Assembly (NCBI GenBank): GCA_047622005.1
Contig: JBLHML010000008.1
Span: 20,733 to 84,732, forward strand
Length of the DNA stretch: 64,000 nt
From: Dokdonia sp.
GTDB taxonomy: Bacteria > Bacteroidota > Bacteroidia > Flavobacteriales > Flavobacteriaceae
Direction of reading: 5' to 3'
Each line of letters starts with the position of its first letter. The first letter of the stretch is position 1. Shown piece after piece: positions 9,787 through 20,781 of this stretch. Below the pieces are notes generated by a model that saw only the letters and a program-made list of their open reading frames with translations, searched no databases and was not told the DNA's origin. The translations under genes were made by a program, and so were the position numbers.

Positions 9787-10689
9787 ATGCTCAAAATCGC
9801 CAATCATTCTATTTACCAACATCCATTACCAGAAGGCCATCGTTTCCCTATGCTTAAATATGAATTGCTACCAGAGCAATTACTATATGAAGGCACCTGT
9901 ACAAAAGACAATTTCTTTGAACCAGGAATTCCAGACGACAAACATATACTGAGAGTACATACTGAGGAATACTTTCAGGATTTAAAGCAACTCACTTTAG
10001 ATAAAAGAGCTGCTCGAAAAATAGGATTCCCGTTAAGTAATATTCTAGTACAACGTGAAGTTATCATTGCAGATGGCACGATAAAAGCTAGCGAATACGC
10101 ATTACAATATGGTATCGCCATGAATATTGCTGGAGGAACGCATCATGCCTATACAAATCGTGGAGAAGCATTTTGTTTATTGAACGATCAAGCTATTGGA
10201 GCACGCTATCTTCAGTACAAAAAATTAGCAAATAAAATATTGATTGTAGATTTAGATGTTCATCAAGGTAATGGCACAGCCGAGATTTTTAAAAATGATG
10301 CTTCAGTATCTACATTTTCTATGCATGGAAAAGGTAATTATCCCTTTAAAAAAGAAATCAGTGATCTAGATATTGCTCTAGAGAATGATACTGATGATGA
10401 AACGTATCTCCAGTTACTTTATGAGACACTTCCGACGTTAATAAAACAAGAACAACCCGATTTTATCTATTACCTATGTGGCGTTGATGTTATTGCAACC
10501 GATAAATTAGGAAAACTAGGCATGACTCTTAATGGCTGTAAACAAAGGGATCAATTTGTATTAGAAGCCTGTAAAACCAATAACATTCCAGTGATGTGTA
10601 GCATGGGTGGAGGCTACTCACCAGATATTAAAATCATTATAGATGCACACGCAAATACGTTTAGACTAGCGCAAAGCCTATTTTTTTAA
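9787..10689 (+). CDS. Histone deacetylase family protein (HDAC11-like bacterial group)
   Basis: HRFPMLKY, GGTHHA, DLDVHQGNGT, SMHG..NYP, GGGY. Confidence 0.93.
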   Translation: MLKIANHSIYQHPLPEGHRFPMLKYELLPEQLLYEGTCTKDNFFEPGIPDDKHILRVHTEEYFQDLKQLTLDKRAARKIGFPLSNILVQREVIIADGTIKASEYALQYGIAMNIAGGTHHAYTNRGEAFCLLNDQAIGARYLQYKKLANKILIVDLDVHQGNGTAEIFKNDASVSTFSMHGKGNYPFKKEISDLDIALENDTDDETYLQLLYETLPTLIKQEQPDFIYYLCGVDVIATDKLGKLGMTLNGCKQRDQFVLEACKTNNIPVMCSMGGGYSPDIKIIIDAHANTFRLAQSLFF

Positions 10690-10794
10690 ATAGAAGTGAA
10701 AGTAATACCAAATTTTAACGATAAATTAATACCTCACTTGTAAGAAAAGAGAACGTTTTAGGCTAAATTTATGCTTACTATCAACTATCTAGCT

Positions 10795-11427
10795 ATGAAA
10801 AAATTGACAATCAACTGGTTTAACTATTTACTATTAGTATGCTTTAGTCTCTCTTTTTTCTACGGAAATGCTCAAAAATCAAATGAGGACTATCTGTTTG
10901 ACGGTTATACCAAATACTCTAAACTTCCAAGAGAGATCGCTCATGGTTATTTAAACAAATCCTCTTTAATTAAAGGTGAAAGTTTAGGGCTCTCTATCTG
11001 CCTTTTAGATAAATACACTGAGAAATCTTCTGTACTTACAAAAAACGTGTGTTGTACGATACAAAATAGATCTGCTACGATTGTGAAAAAGAAAATGGGT
11101 GTAGCTGATAATGGAGTTGCTTCGGGTATTTTTGAAATTGATAGCCTCTTTAAATCTGGAAATTACGTTTTCAAAACCTACACCAATTTGATGCAAAATT
11201 TTGAGGAACAGAATTTTTATATGCAACAGATTAAAGTCATTATTCTAGACCAGGATGCATTAATAGAAGCAATCGATAACGCCCTTTTTGAATTAGAGGT
11301 CCAATGTCTTCCAGAAAGTGGACATCTATTTCTTAACACTAAAAACAAGCAAAAATAATTATTTATAGAAGGTATCGCAAATGACGGTACTCATATTTCC
11401 GAAGAAAAAATTACAACTATTAATTAA
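10795..11427 (+). pseudogene. Internally deleted, stop-interrupted paralogue of the downstream 796-aa protein
   Basis: N-terminal part aligns to the neighbour (LPREIAHGYLNKS vs LPREVAYTHLNKS; QCLPESGHL vs QFLPEGGHL); after TAA 11356-11358 the same frame reads LFIEGIANDGTHISEEKITTIN*, matching the neighbour's C-terminus LFIEGTANKGSFISEEKIITLN*. Confidence 0.85.
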
Positions 11428-11435
11428 AAAAAAAG

Positions 11436-13826
11436 ATGATTAAAACCAATTGCCTCAAATTCTCTCAAGTAAAATACACACTTCTTTTCTTATGTGTGTT
11501 TTCATTTTTTAATGCTGAAAGTCAAAACCAAGATGAGTTATCTGCTTCTTATAGCAACTATGTTAAATTACCAAGAGAAGTTGCTTATACACACTTAAAC
11601 AAATCGCTTTACTTAAAAGATGAAAGCATAGGTTTTAATGTATATGTATTTGATAAAAGCAGTAAAAAACATTCTGATGTTACCACAAACGTGTATTGCT
11701 CTATTGAAGATAGTAAAGGAAAAGTTATAAATAAAGTTCTTATTCTTGCCGAAAATGGCGTAGCAAATGGCAGTTTTTTAATAGACAGCACCTACGCTTC
11801 TGGTCGTTATACTTTTAAAGTCTATACCAATTGGATGAAAAATTTTGATGAACAGAATTTTTATTTACAAAACATCAAAATTATAAATACTGATGAAGAC
11901 AATGATGTTTCAACAACAATGGAAGCTCCAGTTTTAGACACTCAATTTTTACCAGAAGGTGGTCATTTAATTTCAAACATTAAAAATGTTGTCGGTGTTG
12001 TTATTAAAGATAATACTGGTTACGGACTAAAAGAAGCAGAAGGTGTTATTAAAGATTCAAACGGAGAATCTATCACTAATTTTAAAACGAACCAATTTGG
12101 TATTGGAAAATTCATATTTATACCAGAAGAAGGAAAAGATTATACTTCAGAAATAACCTATAATGATTTGACCTCTAAAGTAAAGATTAAACCTGCAGAA
12201 CGAACAGGATTAAATTTAAGTCTCAATAATTTAGGAAGTAAAGTCGCATTGACTATTAGGTCAAACGCTAATACGTTACAAAACATTAAAGGGAAAACAT
12301 TTAGAATTGTCATTCATAATGGAAGTTTAATAAAATCATTAGATCTTAGCTTTACAGACACACAAGACATAACGAAATTAATTAATCTTAGTGATTTATA
12401 CTCAGGTATGAACATTATTACTGTCTTTGATGAAGATAACAACCCTCTTTTAGAACGTTTATTCTTTAATTATGATGGTATTTCAGTTATAAATTCTGAA
12501 AAAACTAGCACTATTAAATCATTTGACTCTATAACGGTTTCTGTACCATTTAAAACTATCAATGCATCACAATTTCATAATTTGAGTGTTTCTGTTCTTC
12601 CGTCTGGAACGACATCTTATGACACTGATCACAACATATTATCCTATACTTATTTGCAGCCTTATGTAAAGGGTTATATAGAGAATGCGCGTTATTATTT
12701 CACAGCAATTGACAGAAAGAAAAAATTTGAGCTTGACAATCTTCTCCTAACTCAAGGTTGGAGCAGTTATGAGTGGAATTCTATTTTTAATTATGAGCCC
12801 ACGATAAAGTTTGATTTTGAAAAGGGAATTACGGTAAACGCAACCGTCAATAAATCTAAGAGTAATCAATTTATTATGTATCCAATGATAAATAGTTCTA
12901 CTCAAACTATTGACGTACCTAAAAAAGAAAAAACGTTTACAATTAAAGGTTTACTTCCAGTAGATGACGAAAAAGTCATCTTTGGGTCTATAAGTAAAAA
13001 ACAAGGTGTTGGAAAACCAAATCTATATGCGCAATTTTCACCATCAACAATACCTACAATAGATAATTTTGTAAAAACACTTCCGCTTAGAGTGAAATCT
13101 ATTTATAATTCTAAAATCAAAGAGTCTCTTTTTAAGAATTCTATTTATGATACTCAAGAATTAGATTTAGTGGTTATTAATGCTCAAAAAGAAAAGGCTA
13201 GGATTGATAAAATAGAGCGCAGACAGACAACTGGTAATATTGATATTTTTGATGAAAATGCTAGAGATAGATATGTGGATTTCGCATCATATATAAGCAA
13301 CAAAGGGTTTAATGTATCACAGACTGCCAATTCTCTTAGTATTAGTACACAAAGACGAAATACTCTAAATGGAGGTAGAACTCCGCTTATTTATCTTGAT
13401 AAAATGTTATTATCTGATTTTACTATTTTATTAAATTTCGATATGAGAAATGTTGATTATGTTGTCATAGATAAATCTGGACTAGGTGAAGGCATGAGAG
13501 GTGCAGCAGGTGTCATTAAAATATATACAGATCCAAAATTAAAATATGGAAATGACACAACTGCAGATATTTCACAAGAAATAATGATTCCATTAACGTT
13601 TACATCATCTAAAACCTTTTACGCGCCATTGTATTCCAGTTATCGCAGTGATTTCTTTAATCAATATGGTGTTATTAAATGGATTCCTAATGGGCAACTT
13701 GATAACAATGGTAATCTTACTTTTAAAATTGCAGACAAGGGTATTGAACAAATAAAATTGTTTATTGAGGGTACAGCCAATAAAGGGAGTTTTATTTCTG
13801 AAGAAAAAATAATTACGCTCAATTAA
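11436..13826 (+). CDS. Large exported protein with MG2 (macroglobulin)-like N-terminus and TonB-plug-like domain
   Basis: Signal peptide; YTNWMKNF, QFLPEGGHL, LDNLLLTQGW, PLIYLD...GVIKIYT, FYAPLY, LFIEG. Confidence 0.75.
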   Translation: MIKTNCLKFSQVKYTLLFLCVFSFFNAESQNQDELSASYSNYVKLPREVAYTHLNKSLYLKDESIGFNVYVFDKSSKKHSDVTTNVYCSIEDSKGKVINKVLILAENGVANGSFLIDSTYASGRYTFKVYTNWMKNFDEQNFYLQNIKIINTDEDNDVSTTMEAPVLDTQFLPEGGHLISNIKNVVGVVIKDNTGYGLKEAEGVIKDSNGESITNFKTNQFGIGKFIFIPEEGKDYTSEITYNDLTSKVKIKPAERTGLNLSLNNLGSKVALTIRSNANTLQNIKGKTFRIVIHNGSLIKSLDLSFTDTQDITKLINLSDLYSGMNIITVFDEDNNPLLERLFFNYDGISVINSEKTSTIKSFDSITVSVPFKTINASQFHNLSVSVLPSGTTSYDTDHNILSYTYLQPYVKGYIENARYYFTAIDRKKKFELDNLLLTQGWSSYEWNSIFNYEPTIKFDFEKGITVNATVNKSKSNQFIMYPMINSSTQTIDVPKKEKTFTIKGLLPVDDEKVIFGSISKKQGVGKPNLYAQFSPSTIPTIDNFVKTLPLRVKSIYNSKIKESLFKNSIYDTQELDLVVINAQKEKARIDKIERRQTTGNIDIFDENARDRYVDFASYISNKGFNVSQTANSLSISTQRRNTLNGGRTPLIYLDKMLLSDFTILLNFDMRNVDYVVIDKSGLGEGMRGAAGVIKIYTDPKLKYGNDTTADISQEIMIPLTFTSSKTFYAPLYSSYRSDFFNQYGVIKWIPNGQLDNNGNLTFKIADKGIEQIKLFIEGTANKGSFISEEKIITLN

Positions 13827-13863
13827 TACATCTGTAGTGTTTTAGAAAAACATTATCAATAAG

Positions 13864-13891
13864 AAAAGGCTTCCGTGACGGAAGCCTTTTT
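13864..13891. terminator. Bidirectional rho-independent terminator
   Basis: AAAAGGCTTCCG-TGA-CGGAAGCCTTTTT. Confidence 0.85.
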
Positions 13892-13912
13892 ATTATAATT
13901 ATTTTAGGTTTT

Positions 13913-14245
13913 CTATTTACCTAGCATCAATAATTCGTTGCAAACTATTTCTGTTGTGTAACGCTTAGTGCCTTCTTTATCATCCCAAGAACGATTTGTT
14001 AATTTACCTTCAATCGCAATTTCTTTGCCTTTGGTAATATACTCTTCTACGACTTTTACAAGACCGCCTCGCACAACAATATTATGCCAATACGCACGCT
14101 CTACTTTGTTACCATCTTTGTCTTTGTAGCTGTCATCTGTGGCTAAAGAGAATTTTGCCATTTTGTTTCCATCGGAAAAATTAATGATTTCTGGATCTTG
14201 TCCTAATCTTCCAATCAACTGTACTTTGTTTCTTAATGTGTTCAT
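13913..14245 (-). CDS. ssb: Single-stranded DNA-binding protein (short form, no acidic tail)
   Basis: NKVQLIGRLGQDPE, FSLAT, WHNIV, IEGKL..RSW. Confidence 0.93.
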   Translation of the reverse strand: MNTLRNKVQLIGRLGQDPEIINFSDGNKMAKFSLATDDSYKDKDGNKVERAYWHNIVVRGGLVKVVEEYITKGKEIAIEGKLTNRSWDDKEGTKRYTTEIVCNELLMLGK

Positions 14246-14471
14246 GTGTTCTAATTTTTAATGTTAAACAGTTAATGCTTTGTTCTGAATGTATTTCAGA
14301 ATCTTTTTACGTCGTGATGAATTTAAAGTTGACATTTCTAATCGTCTTAAATTTGTCAGCAATAATTCAACACTGCAAATATGCGTTGGGTTGCAAGTGT
14401 TAGTCGGTAGTTACGTATTTAAATTCGTTTGTAAATATTTGTAGTCGTTTGTTGTTGTTTTATATGTTAAC

Positions 14472-15140
14472 ATGAAAATACTATCTTTACCAACAATGAC
14501 AAGACTTCTAAGCCATATCTATCCAATCACCAAAACCATAAAATCGAATTTTAGTGGTACACTAGAAATAACAACTAAAAACGGTAAAAAACACCTCAAC
14601 ACCAAAAACGCAAACTATAGTTATGGAGCTTTACAAATGATCTTGAAATTTGGATTAGATAAAATTGATTTAAAAAAAGTGAATTCAGTATTACTTTTAG
14701 GACTTGGAGGCGGAAGCGTCATCCAAACACTGAAAGATGATTTTAAATATCAAAAACATATTACTGCAGTAGATATTGATCCTGTAATTATTGATATTGC
14801 GAAAACTGAATTTGATATAAAAAACTCTTCAGTATTAAAAATAATTTGTCAAGATGCGCTTCAATATGTGAATCAAAACACCCAGCAATTTGATCTTATT
14901 ATTATCGATTTGTTTATTGATATTCATGTCCCAAAACAATTTTTAAAGCTCTCATTTTGGCATGATATTATCAAATCAAAATCTAGCAATGGCGTTATCT
15001 TATTTAATGGGTCTTTAGAAAAAGAAAAGAGTCAGGACTTAAAAAAAGTTATCACATTTTTAAAATCTAAAGTTTTTAAAGTAGATGTTTACGATAAAAT
15101 AAATGAGGTCAATACAGTAATTATTACCCAATCGTTATAA
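14472..15140 (+). CDS. SAM-dependent methyltransferase, spermidine-synthase-like
   Basis: NANYSYG, LLLGLGGGS, AVDIDP, DA, FDLIIIDLF. Confidence 0.8.
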   Translation: MKILSLPTMTRLLSHIYPITKTIKSNFSGTLEITTKNGKKHLNTKNANYSYGALQMILKFGLDKIDLKKVNSVLLLGLGGGSVIQTLKDDFKYQKHITAVDIDPVIIDIAKTEFDIKNSSVLKIICQDALQYVNQNTQQFDLIIIDLFIDIHVPKQFLKLSFWHDIIKSKSSNGVILFNGSLEKEKSQDLKKVITFLKSKVFKVDVYDKINEVNTVIITQSL

Positions 15141-15175
15141 TAATTTATATCTTGTAACAACAAGCAAATCAAATT

Positions 15176-15526
15176 ATGCAAAAAAAATGTCCAGAGTGCG
15201 GTGATAAAATAGTTGGCAGAATCGACAAGAAATTCTGCAGTGATGCGTGCCGAAATGCTTTTAATAACAATATCAATAAAGACCACAAAAATCTTATTAG
15301 AAATACCAATAACCGACTCCGGAAAAACTACCGTATTCTCGAAGAACTCAATCCAGAACAAAAGAAAAAAATCTCTAAAGCACGATTGGTAGAAAAAGGA
15401 TTTGACTTCAATTACTTTACAAGTATTTACACAACAAAAGCAGGAACAATATATTATTTTGTCTACGACCAAGGCTATTTACCATTAGAACATGAATACT
15501 ATGCTCTCGTGAAGAGAGAAAGCTAA
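15176..15526 (+). CDS. Zn-ribbon protein (DUF2116-like), conserved in Bacteroidetes
   Basis: CPECG...GRIDKKFCSDACRN; LRKNYRIL; GFDFNYFT. Confidence 0.75.
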   Translation: MQKKCPECGDKIVGRIDKKFCSDACRNAFNNNINKDHKNLIRNTNNRLRKNYRILEELNPEQKKKISKARLVEKGFDFNYFTSIYTTKAGTIYYFVYDQGYLPLEHEYYALVKRES

Positions 15527-15578
15527 ACTGTAACATTTTAGTCAATTATGGTACTTATAGTTTATAATCACAACATCT

Positions 15579-16268
15579 ATGACAACTCCTATTATTGTAA
15601 TTCTAATTTTTTGTGCAGTCGCTATTATTGGCTTCTTAATCTATTATTATAATGGGAAACAAGTCATAATAAGAACCTTATCAAAAATCCCTCACAAACC
15701 AGCTTCTAGTTTAAAAACGAATGAACTTTCAAAAGTTAGTGGCAAAGCGCTTCATGTCGAAGAACCTTTAAAGGCTCCTTATTCTGGTAGGAAGTGTGTG
15801 TTCTATCAAATGAAAATTCAGAAAAAAGTAAGTAACGGTAAAAGTTCTCATTGGAAAACGATAGTTTCCGAAGAAAAATTTCAAGACTTCTTTATAAATA
15901 CCAATGGTGACTTTGTTATTATAAAACCAAATGATAACCCTAGAAATTATATTTGTCATTTAGTAACAGATAAAAGCCAATCTTCGGGGACATTTAATGA
16001 TCCAACACCGCAGTTTGTTGCACTTTTAAAACGCTATAATATTGAGCCTGAAACCTTCTTTGGATTTAATAAAACATTACGTTATGAAGAAGGTATCATA
16101 GAAATTGGAGAACGCATCACAGTTGCAGGAATTGCGAAATGGAAATCACTAAGCGAGCCCATGCCAGAATACCCATATTCTAAAATTGCAACTTTAAAAA
16201 GTGATGGCAAACAAAAACTTATTATTACAGATTTACCTGAAGTTTTACCAAATAGAAACCGAAGATAA
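15579..16268 (+). CDS. Membrane-anchored GIDE-like domain protein
   Basis: N-terminal TM helix; PLKAPYSGRKCVFY, LRYEEGII..GE.ITVAG pattern. Confidence 0.6.
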   Translation: MTTPIIVILIFCAVAIIGFLIYYYNGKQVIIRTLSKIPHKPASSLKTNELSKVSGKALHVEEPLKAPYSGRKCVFYQMKIQKKVSNGKSSHWKTIVSEEKFQDFFINTNGDFVIIKPNDNPRNYICHLVTDKSQSSGTFNDPTPQFVALLKRYNIEPETFFGFNKTLRYEEGIIEIGERITVAGIAKWKSLSEPMPEYPYSKIATLKSDGKQKLIITDLPEVLPNRNRR

Positions 16269-16273
16269 AGGCA

Positions 16274-16741
16274 CTATCTCCAATTCTGCCCTTTTAGATC
16301 AAGCGCAGCTTTTAAAATATCTTTTTGGCTAATTTGCCCAACCAGTTTTCCATTCTCAACAATAGGAAACCGTCTTATTTTAGACTCCAAAAACTTATTA
16401 GCAGCATCAAACACATTCATGTTGCCATCTATGGTTTCTACATTCTTTACCATTCGTTCTTCCACTTTATGTTGTTGCATAGGTAAATTATGATACCGGC
16501 TTTCGCTAATATCCTTGAGGCAATCGCCTTCAGAAATTATGCCTACCAACTCATTATTTGCATTGACAACTGGACCTCCAGAAATCTTATTTTTTATAAG
16601 TGACTGGATCACTTCATCAACCAACTGCTCTGGTCTAAACGTAATTAAATCACGTGACATAAAATCACTCACTTTAAATGCGTTCACCTCTGTCGTATTT
16701 TGCTGTTTCTTTCTAGCGCCTTGAAAACTTTTAATACCCAT
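16274..16741 (-). CDS. CBS domain pair protein
   Basis: VSDFMSRDLITF, GGPVV...LVGIISEGD, RRFPIV...LVGQIS. Confidence 0.92.
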   Translation of the reverse strand: MGIKSFQGARKKQQNTTEVNAFKVSDFMSRDLITFRPEQLVDEVIQSLIKNKISGGPVVNANNELVGIISEGDCLKDISESRYHNLPMQQHKVEERMVKNVETIDGNMNVFDAANKFLESKIRRFPIVENGKLVGQISQKDILKAALDLKGQNWR

Positions 16742-16851
16742 AACAAATATTTTTTTGAATGAACTTAAAGTTACTAAAAATTAGCCAATTATACCAACAC
16801 AATAATCCGTTCAATAATTTGTAAATTTGAAAGCACTAAAAAATAGCACTA

Positions 16852-17658
16852 TTGAATTCAAAAATTTGTGTCATCGGTTGTGGTTGGTTGGGATTCCCAT
16901 TAGCCAAAAAATTAGTAGAACTCAACTACAGTATTCATGGCTCAACGACCTCAAACGACAAATTATCACAACTAAAACAAGCACAAATTCATCCGTTTTT
17001 AATTCAATTTTCTTCGGAAGGTGTAACCGGTAATCTCAAATCTTGTCTTAAAGATTGCCAAACGCTCATTGTAACCATTCCTCCTGGTTTGCGTAAAAAC
17101 CCGAAAAACGATTACGTTACACAAATGCAACATTTTTTAGAGTATGTTGAAGCGTCTTCCGTAGAACACGTATTATTTATTGGTACTACTTCTGTCTATG
17201 ATGATGATGAAAACGTGCCTGTAATTACAGAAAACTCTCCAACTTCAAATGACAATATACCTACTCAGCTATTAAAGGTTGAGGCCCTTTTTACGACTAG
17301 CAAAAAATTTAAAACCACGATTCTGCGTTTTAGCGGACTTTTTGCAGAGGATAGACATCCTGCAAAATACCTCTCTGGAAAAACAAACCTAAAAAATGGT
17401 GATGCTCCTGTCAATTTAATTCATCGAGACGATTGTATAGCAATTATCATTTCCGTAGTAAAAAAAGATATTTGGAATGTAGTCATAAACGCGTCCTCTC
17501 CATCACATCCAAGTAAGAAAAAATATTATACCTCAATTTGTGAGTCGCTTCAATTACCTATTCCAGAATTTGACAACGCTTCAATTAGTAAAGGAAAAAT
17601 AATCGATTCTACAAAGTTGGTACAACTTTTAAAATATGATTTCGCAATAAAACTTTAA
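16852..17658 (+). CDS. NAD(P)-binding epimerase/dehydratase (YeeZ-like atypical SDR)
   Basis: VIGCGWLG, TTILRFSGL, PVNLIHRDDC. Confidence 0.85.
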   Translation: MNSKICVIGCGWLGFPLAKKLVELNYSIHGSTTSNDKLSQLKQAQIHPFLIQFSSEGVTGNLKSCLKDCQTLIVTIPPGLRKNPKNDYVTQMQHFLEYVEASSVEHVLFIGTTSVYDDDENVPVITENSPTSNDNIPTQLLKVEALFTTSKKFKTTILRFSGLFAEDRHPAKYLSGKTNLKNGDAPVNLIHRDDCIAIIISVVKKDIWNVVINASSPSHPSKKKYYTSICESLQLPIPEFDNASISKGKIIDSTKLVQLLKYDFAIKL

Positions 17659-17818
17659 CAATTAGCACACTTTTATGAAAATATGCCAGATAATTTTTTA
17701 GTTTTGGCGCAATTAATTAATAAAAACAATGAAACATTAATATCTGATTTGTATTCAAACGATACAATGATTATACGAATGTTCCATGTGACAGATAAAA
17801 AACAATAAATACGAACAC

Positions 17819-18529
17819 ATGAAAAAACTTATCCTCCTATTAACAGTTGTAACAACATTTAATGTGACAGCTCAAACCGAATCTGAACTTTTAAAACATT
17901 TTGAAGCGTATCATAAAGAGATGAAAGGCCAAGGTGATGTTCAAGGTGTCATCAATGCATTGACACATCTCAACGTTATAGAGTCTAGTGTGCAGCGATT
18001 AGATACACTAGCTTATATTTATGTTACAGAAGGCAGAAATCTAGAAGCTTTAAATACGATTGGTATTGATATAAATCCAACAGACTCAGATATTAATACA
18101 GAGGTTAAAGCCATCGCTTTAAAAGCACTTAACCAACCTGAGCGTGCAGTCGTTTTTTATGAAGAGTTATTTAAAAGAAATGCAAATTCTTATATCGCTT
18201 ATGAGATTGCTGACTTAAAAACACAATTACAAGATTTTGCTGGTGCAAAGGCAAGAGTTGATTATGGCTTAACTAACGTACAACCAGATATGAAACGTGC
18301 GTTTTACGAGTCACAACAGCCTTATGAAGTCTCACTTAAAAGTGCATTGACATATATGAAAGCATTGATTATTTTTAATATGAATCAAACCGATAATTTA
18401 GATCAAGCCATCACTTTATTAGGTGACGCTTTAACTATGGATGCTAATTTTAATTTAGCAAAAATAAGTAAGGATGCATTAGAGGCTAGAAAAGCAAAAG
18501 AAGCAACTACACCTGAAAAAAAGAACTAA
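17819..18529 (+). CDS. Exported TPR-like helical protein
   Basis: Signal peptide and alpha-helical TPR-like repeats. Confidence 0.65.
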   Translation: MKKLILLLTVVTTFNVTAQTESELLKHFEAYHKEMKGQGDVQGVINALTHLNVIESSVQRLDTLAYIYVTEGRNLEALNTIGIDINPTDSDINTEVKAIALKALNQPERAVVFYEELFKRNANSYIAYEIADLKTQLQDFAGAKARVDYGLTNVQPDMKRAFYESQQPYEVSLKSALTYMKALIIFNMNQTDNLDQAITLLGDALTMDANFNLAKISKDALEARKAKEATTPEKKN

Positions 18530-18556
18530 AAGACAATTAACTATCTTTTAATAGTA

Positions 18557-18586
18557 TAAAAAAAGCACCCAATTGGGTGCTTTTTT
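18557..18586. terminator. Bidirectional rho-independent terminator
   Basis: A-run-GCACCC-AATT-GGGTGC-T-run between convergent genes. Confidence 0.85.
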
Positions 18587-18610
18587 ATGTTTATCCTTAA
18601 ATGAAATCTA

Positions 18611-20671
18611 TTACCAAATTCTAACACGCGCTTCTGGAGCTAACCACATTTTATCACCTTCTTTAATATCAAATGCGTCATAGAATGCATCGATATTTTT
18701 AAGCGGCTGTGTTGCTCTAACTTTACCAGGAGAATGCGTGTCTGTTTTTATAAGTCTTCTCATAGCATCATCTCTTGTTAATGTTCTCCAAACTGTTGCC
18801 CAAGACATAAAGAAACGTTGCTCTGCAGTATAGCCATCAATATCTTCAGGTCTTCCTTCCTCTTCAAAAAGTAATTGTAAGCCATCATAAGCTCCAAGAA
18901 CACCTCCTAAATCACCTATATTCTCGCCTAATGTATAAGGTCCATTGACATGAACACTATCTAAAACTTCTATTGCAGAGTACTGTTCTGCTAAGGCATC
19001 ACCTCGTTCTGTAAACTGTTCAAGGTCTTTATCTGTCCACCAGTTTTTTAAATTTCCATCACCATCAAAACGAGATCCAGAATCATCAAAAGCGTGAGAA
19101 ATTTCATGTCCAATCACAGCTCCAATACCACCATAATTTACAGCGTCATCGGCTGTAAAATTATAAAAAGGTGGTTGTAAAATTGCTGCTGGGAATACAA
19201 TTTCGTTGTTTATTGGATTATAATAAGCATTTACCATTTGAGGTGGCATTCCCCATTCAGATTTATCAATTGGCTCATTTATATCAGACAAATTATCATT
19301 TAAAGCCCAGTGACCAATTGCCATCATATTCTCAGCATAAGTATTGCCTTCTTTTACCATTAAATCTGAATAGTCTTTCCACTCATCTGGATATGCAATT
19401 TTCACAGTAATCTTCTCTAATTTTTCTACAGCTTTCGCTTTTGTCTCTGCTGTCATCCAATCTAATTTCTGAATTCTATTTTGGAATGCAGTAATGACAT
19501 TTGCAATCATTTTCTCGGCTTTCGCCTTTGCCTCTGGCGGAAATTTTGCCTCAACATATAATTGACCAATCGCTTCACCTACAGATCCGGTTACTGTTCC
19601 AAGGGCACGCTCTTGAGCATCACGTTGCTTTTTAGCTCCACTTAATGTCTGTGAGTAAAATTCCCAATTAGCTCTTTCAATTTCAGTAGTTAAGAATCCT
19701 GAAGCATTATCAATCGTAGTCCAATCTATTAAGGTTTTAATATCTTCTATTGGCGTGTTTTTTAAGAAATCACTCAAAGCAGCCATATATTTTGGCTGTG
19801 CCACCATAACAGTGTCAAGTTTCTTTTCAATCCCAAGGTCTACTATCATTTTACTCCAATTTATAGCAGGACACATCTCTTGTAATTGAGAAATAGATCT
19901 TGGATTATTGTAGTTACGAGGATCTCTTGCAGCTACCTTATCTAATCTTGACTCTACGAGCTGTGTTTCCATTTCAATAATTTTGACAGCAGCAGCATCA
20001 GCATCTTCTTTGCTGTATTCAATAAACTGCAACATTCTTGAAACGTGAGCTTTATATTTTTCTCTAATCTCCTTAGATTTATCGTCTTGATCCAAATAAT
20101 AATCACGTTGTAATCCTGTCCCTCCAGGTCCTACCCAAGCAGTATTCATACTACTATTGTTTAAATCTGGACCAGCACCAAGACCTGCAAATGGACTTGA
20201 AACTCCCAAAGTAGTAGCCTCAATAGTTTGCATCTCTTCCAAATTCCTTATTCCATCAATTTTTGCTAGTATTGACTTTAAAGGCTTAATGCCTGCTTCA
20301 TTACGTGCTAAAGTATCTAGCTCTGACTCAAAAATTAATAAGGCTTTCTTTTGATCCGTTCCTTCTGCATAAGTACCTAACTCTTTTGAAGTGTTAACAA
20401 TATCTAAAACATCTTTTCGTGTAGTTTTTCTTAAAACACCAAATCCTCCCCAACGTGTCTCGTCTTCTGGGATTGTTGTTGTCTTTACCCAATTACCATT
20501 AACGTAATTGTAGAAATCATCTTTTAGATTCACCGAAGTGTCCATGTTTTCGAGAACAATTCCAGGAATTTTCTCAACCATCGCAGTTTCTTTAGGCTCT
20601 TCCTTACATCCTAAGAATGCGAAAAGTCCCAATATAGAAACTACCAAAATACTTTTGATATTGGTTTTCAT
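18611..20671 (-). CDS. M13 family metallopeptidase (neprilysin/PepO-like), lipoprotein
   Basis: DFYNYVNG.W, VNAYY, GHEISHAFD, ENIGDLGG, HSP, C-terminal RVRIW. Confidence 0.95.
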   Translation of the reverse strand: MKTNIKSILVVSILGLFAFLGCKEEPKETAMVEKIPGIVLENMDTSVNLKDDFYNYVNGNWVKTTTIPEDETRWGGFGVLRKTTRKDVLDIVNTSKELGTYAEGTDQKKALLIFESELDTLARNEAGIKPLKSILAKIDGIRNLEEMQTIEATTLGVSSPFAGLGAGPDLNNSSMNTAWVGPGGTGLQRDYYLDQDDKSKEIREKYKAHVSRMLQFIEYSKEDADAAAVKIIEMETQLVESRLDKVAARDPRNYNNPRSISQLQEMCPAINWSKMIVDLGIEKKLDTVMVAQPKYMAALSDFLKNTPIEDIKTLIDWTTIDNASGFLTTEIERANWEFYSQTLSGAKKQRDAQERALGTVTGSVGEAIGQLYVEAKFPPEAKAKAEKMIANVITAFQNRIQKLDWMTAETKAKAVEKLEKITVKIAYPDEWKDYSDLMVKEGNTYAENMMAIGHWALNDNLSDINEPIDKSEWGMPPQMVNAYYNPINNEIVFPAAILQPPFYNFTADDAVNYGGIGAVIGHEISHAFDDSGSRFDGDGNLKNWWTDKDLEQFTERGDALAEQYSAIEVLDSVHVNGPYTLGENIGDLGGVLGAYDGLQLLFEEEGRPEDIDGYTAEQRFFMSWATVWRTLTRDDAMRRLIKTDTHSPGKVRATQPLKNIDAFYDAFDIKEGDKMWLAPEARVRIW

Positions 20672-20781
20672 AATGTGATTGTAAATTTAAATTTGTATAA
20701 ATTAGTTATTAATTAGAAACCTCAAAAGCTGATTTGTTACATATTAACAAAATATTAAGATTCTAGTGAATCGAAAAACAA

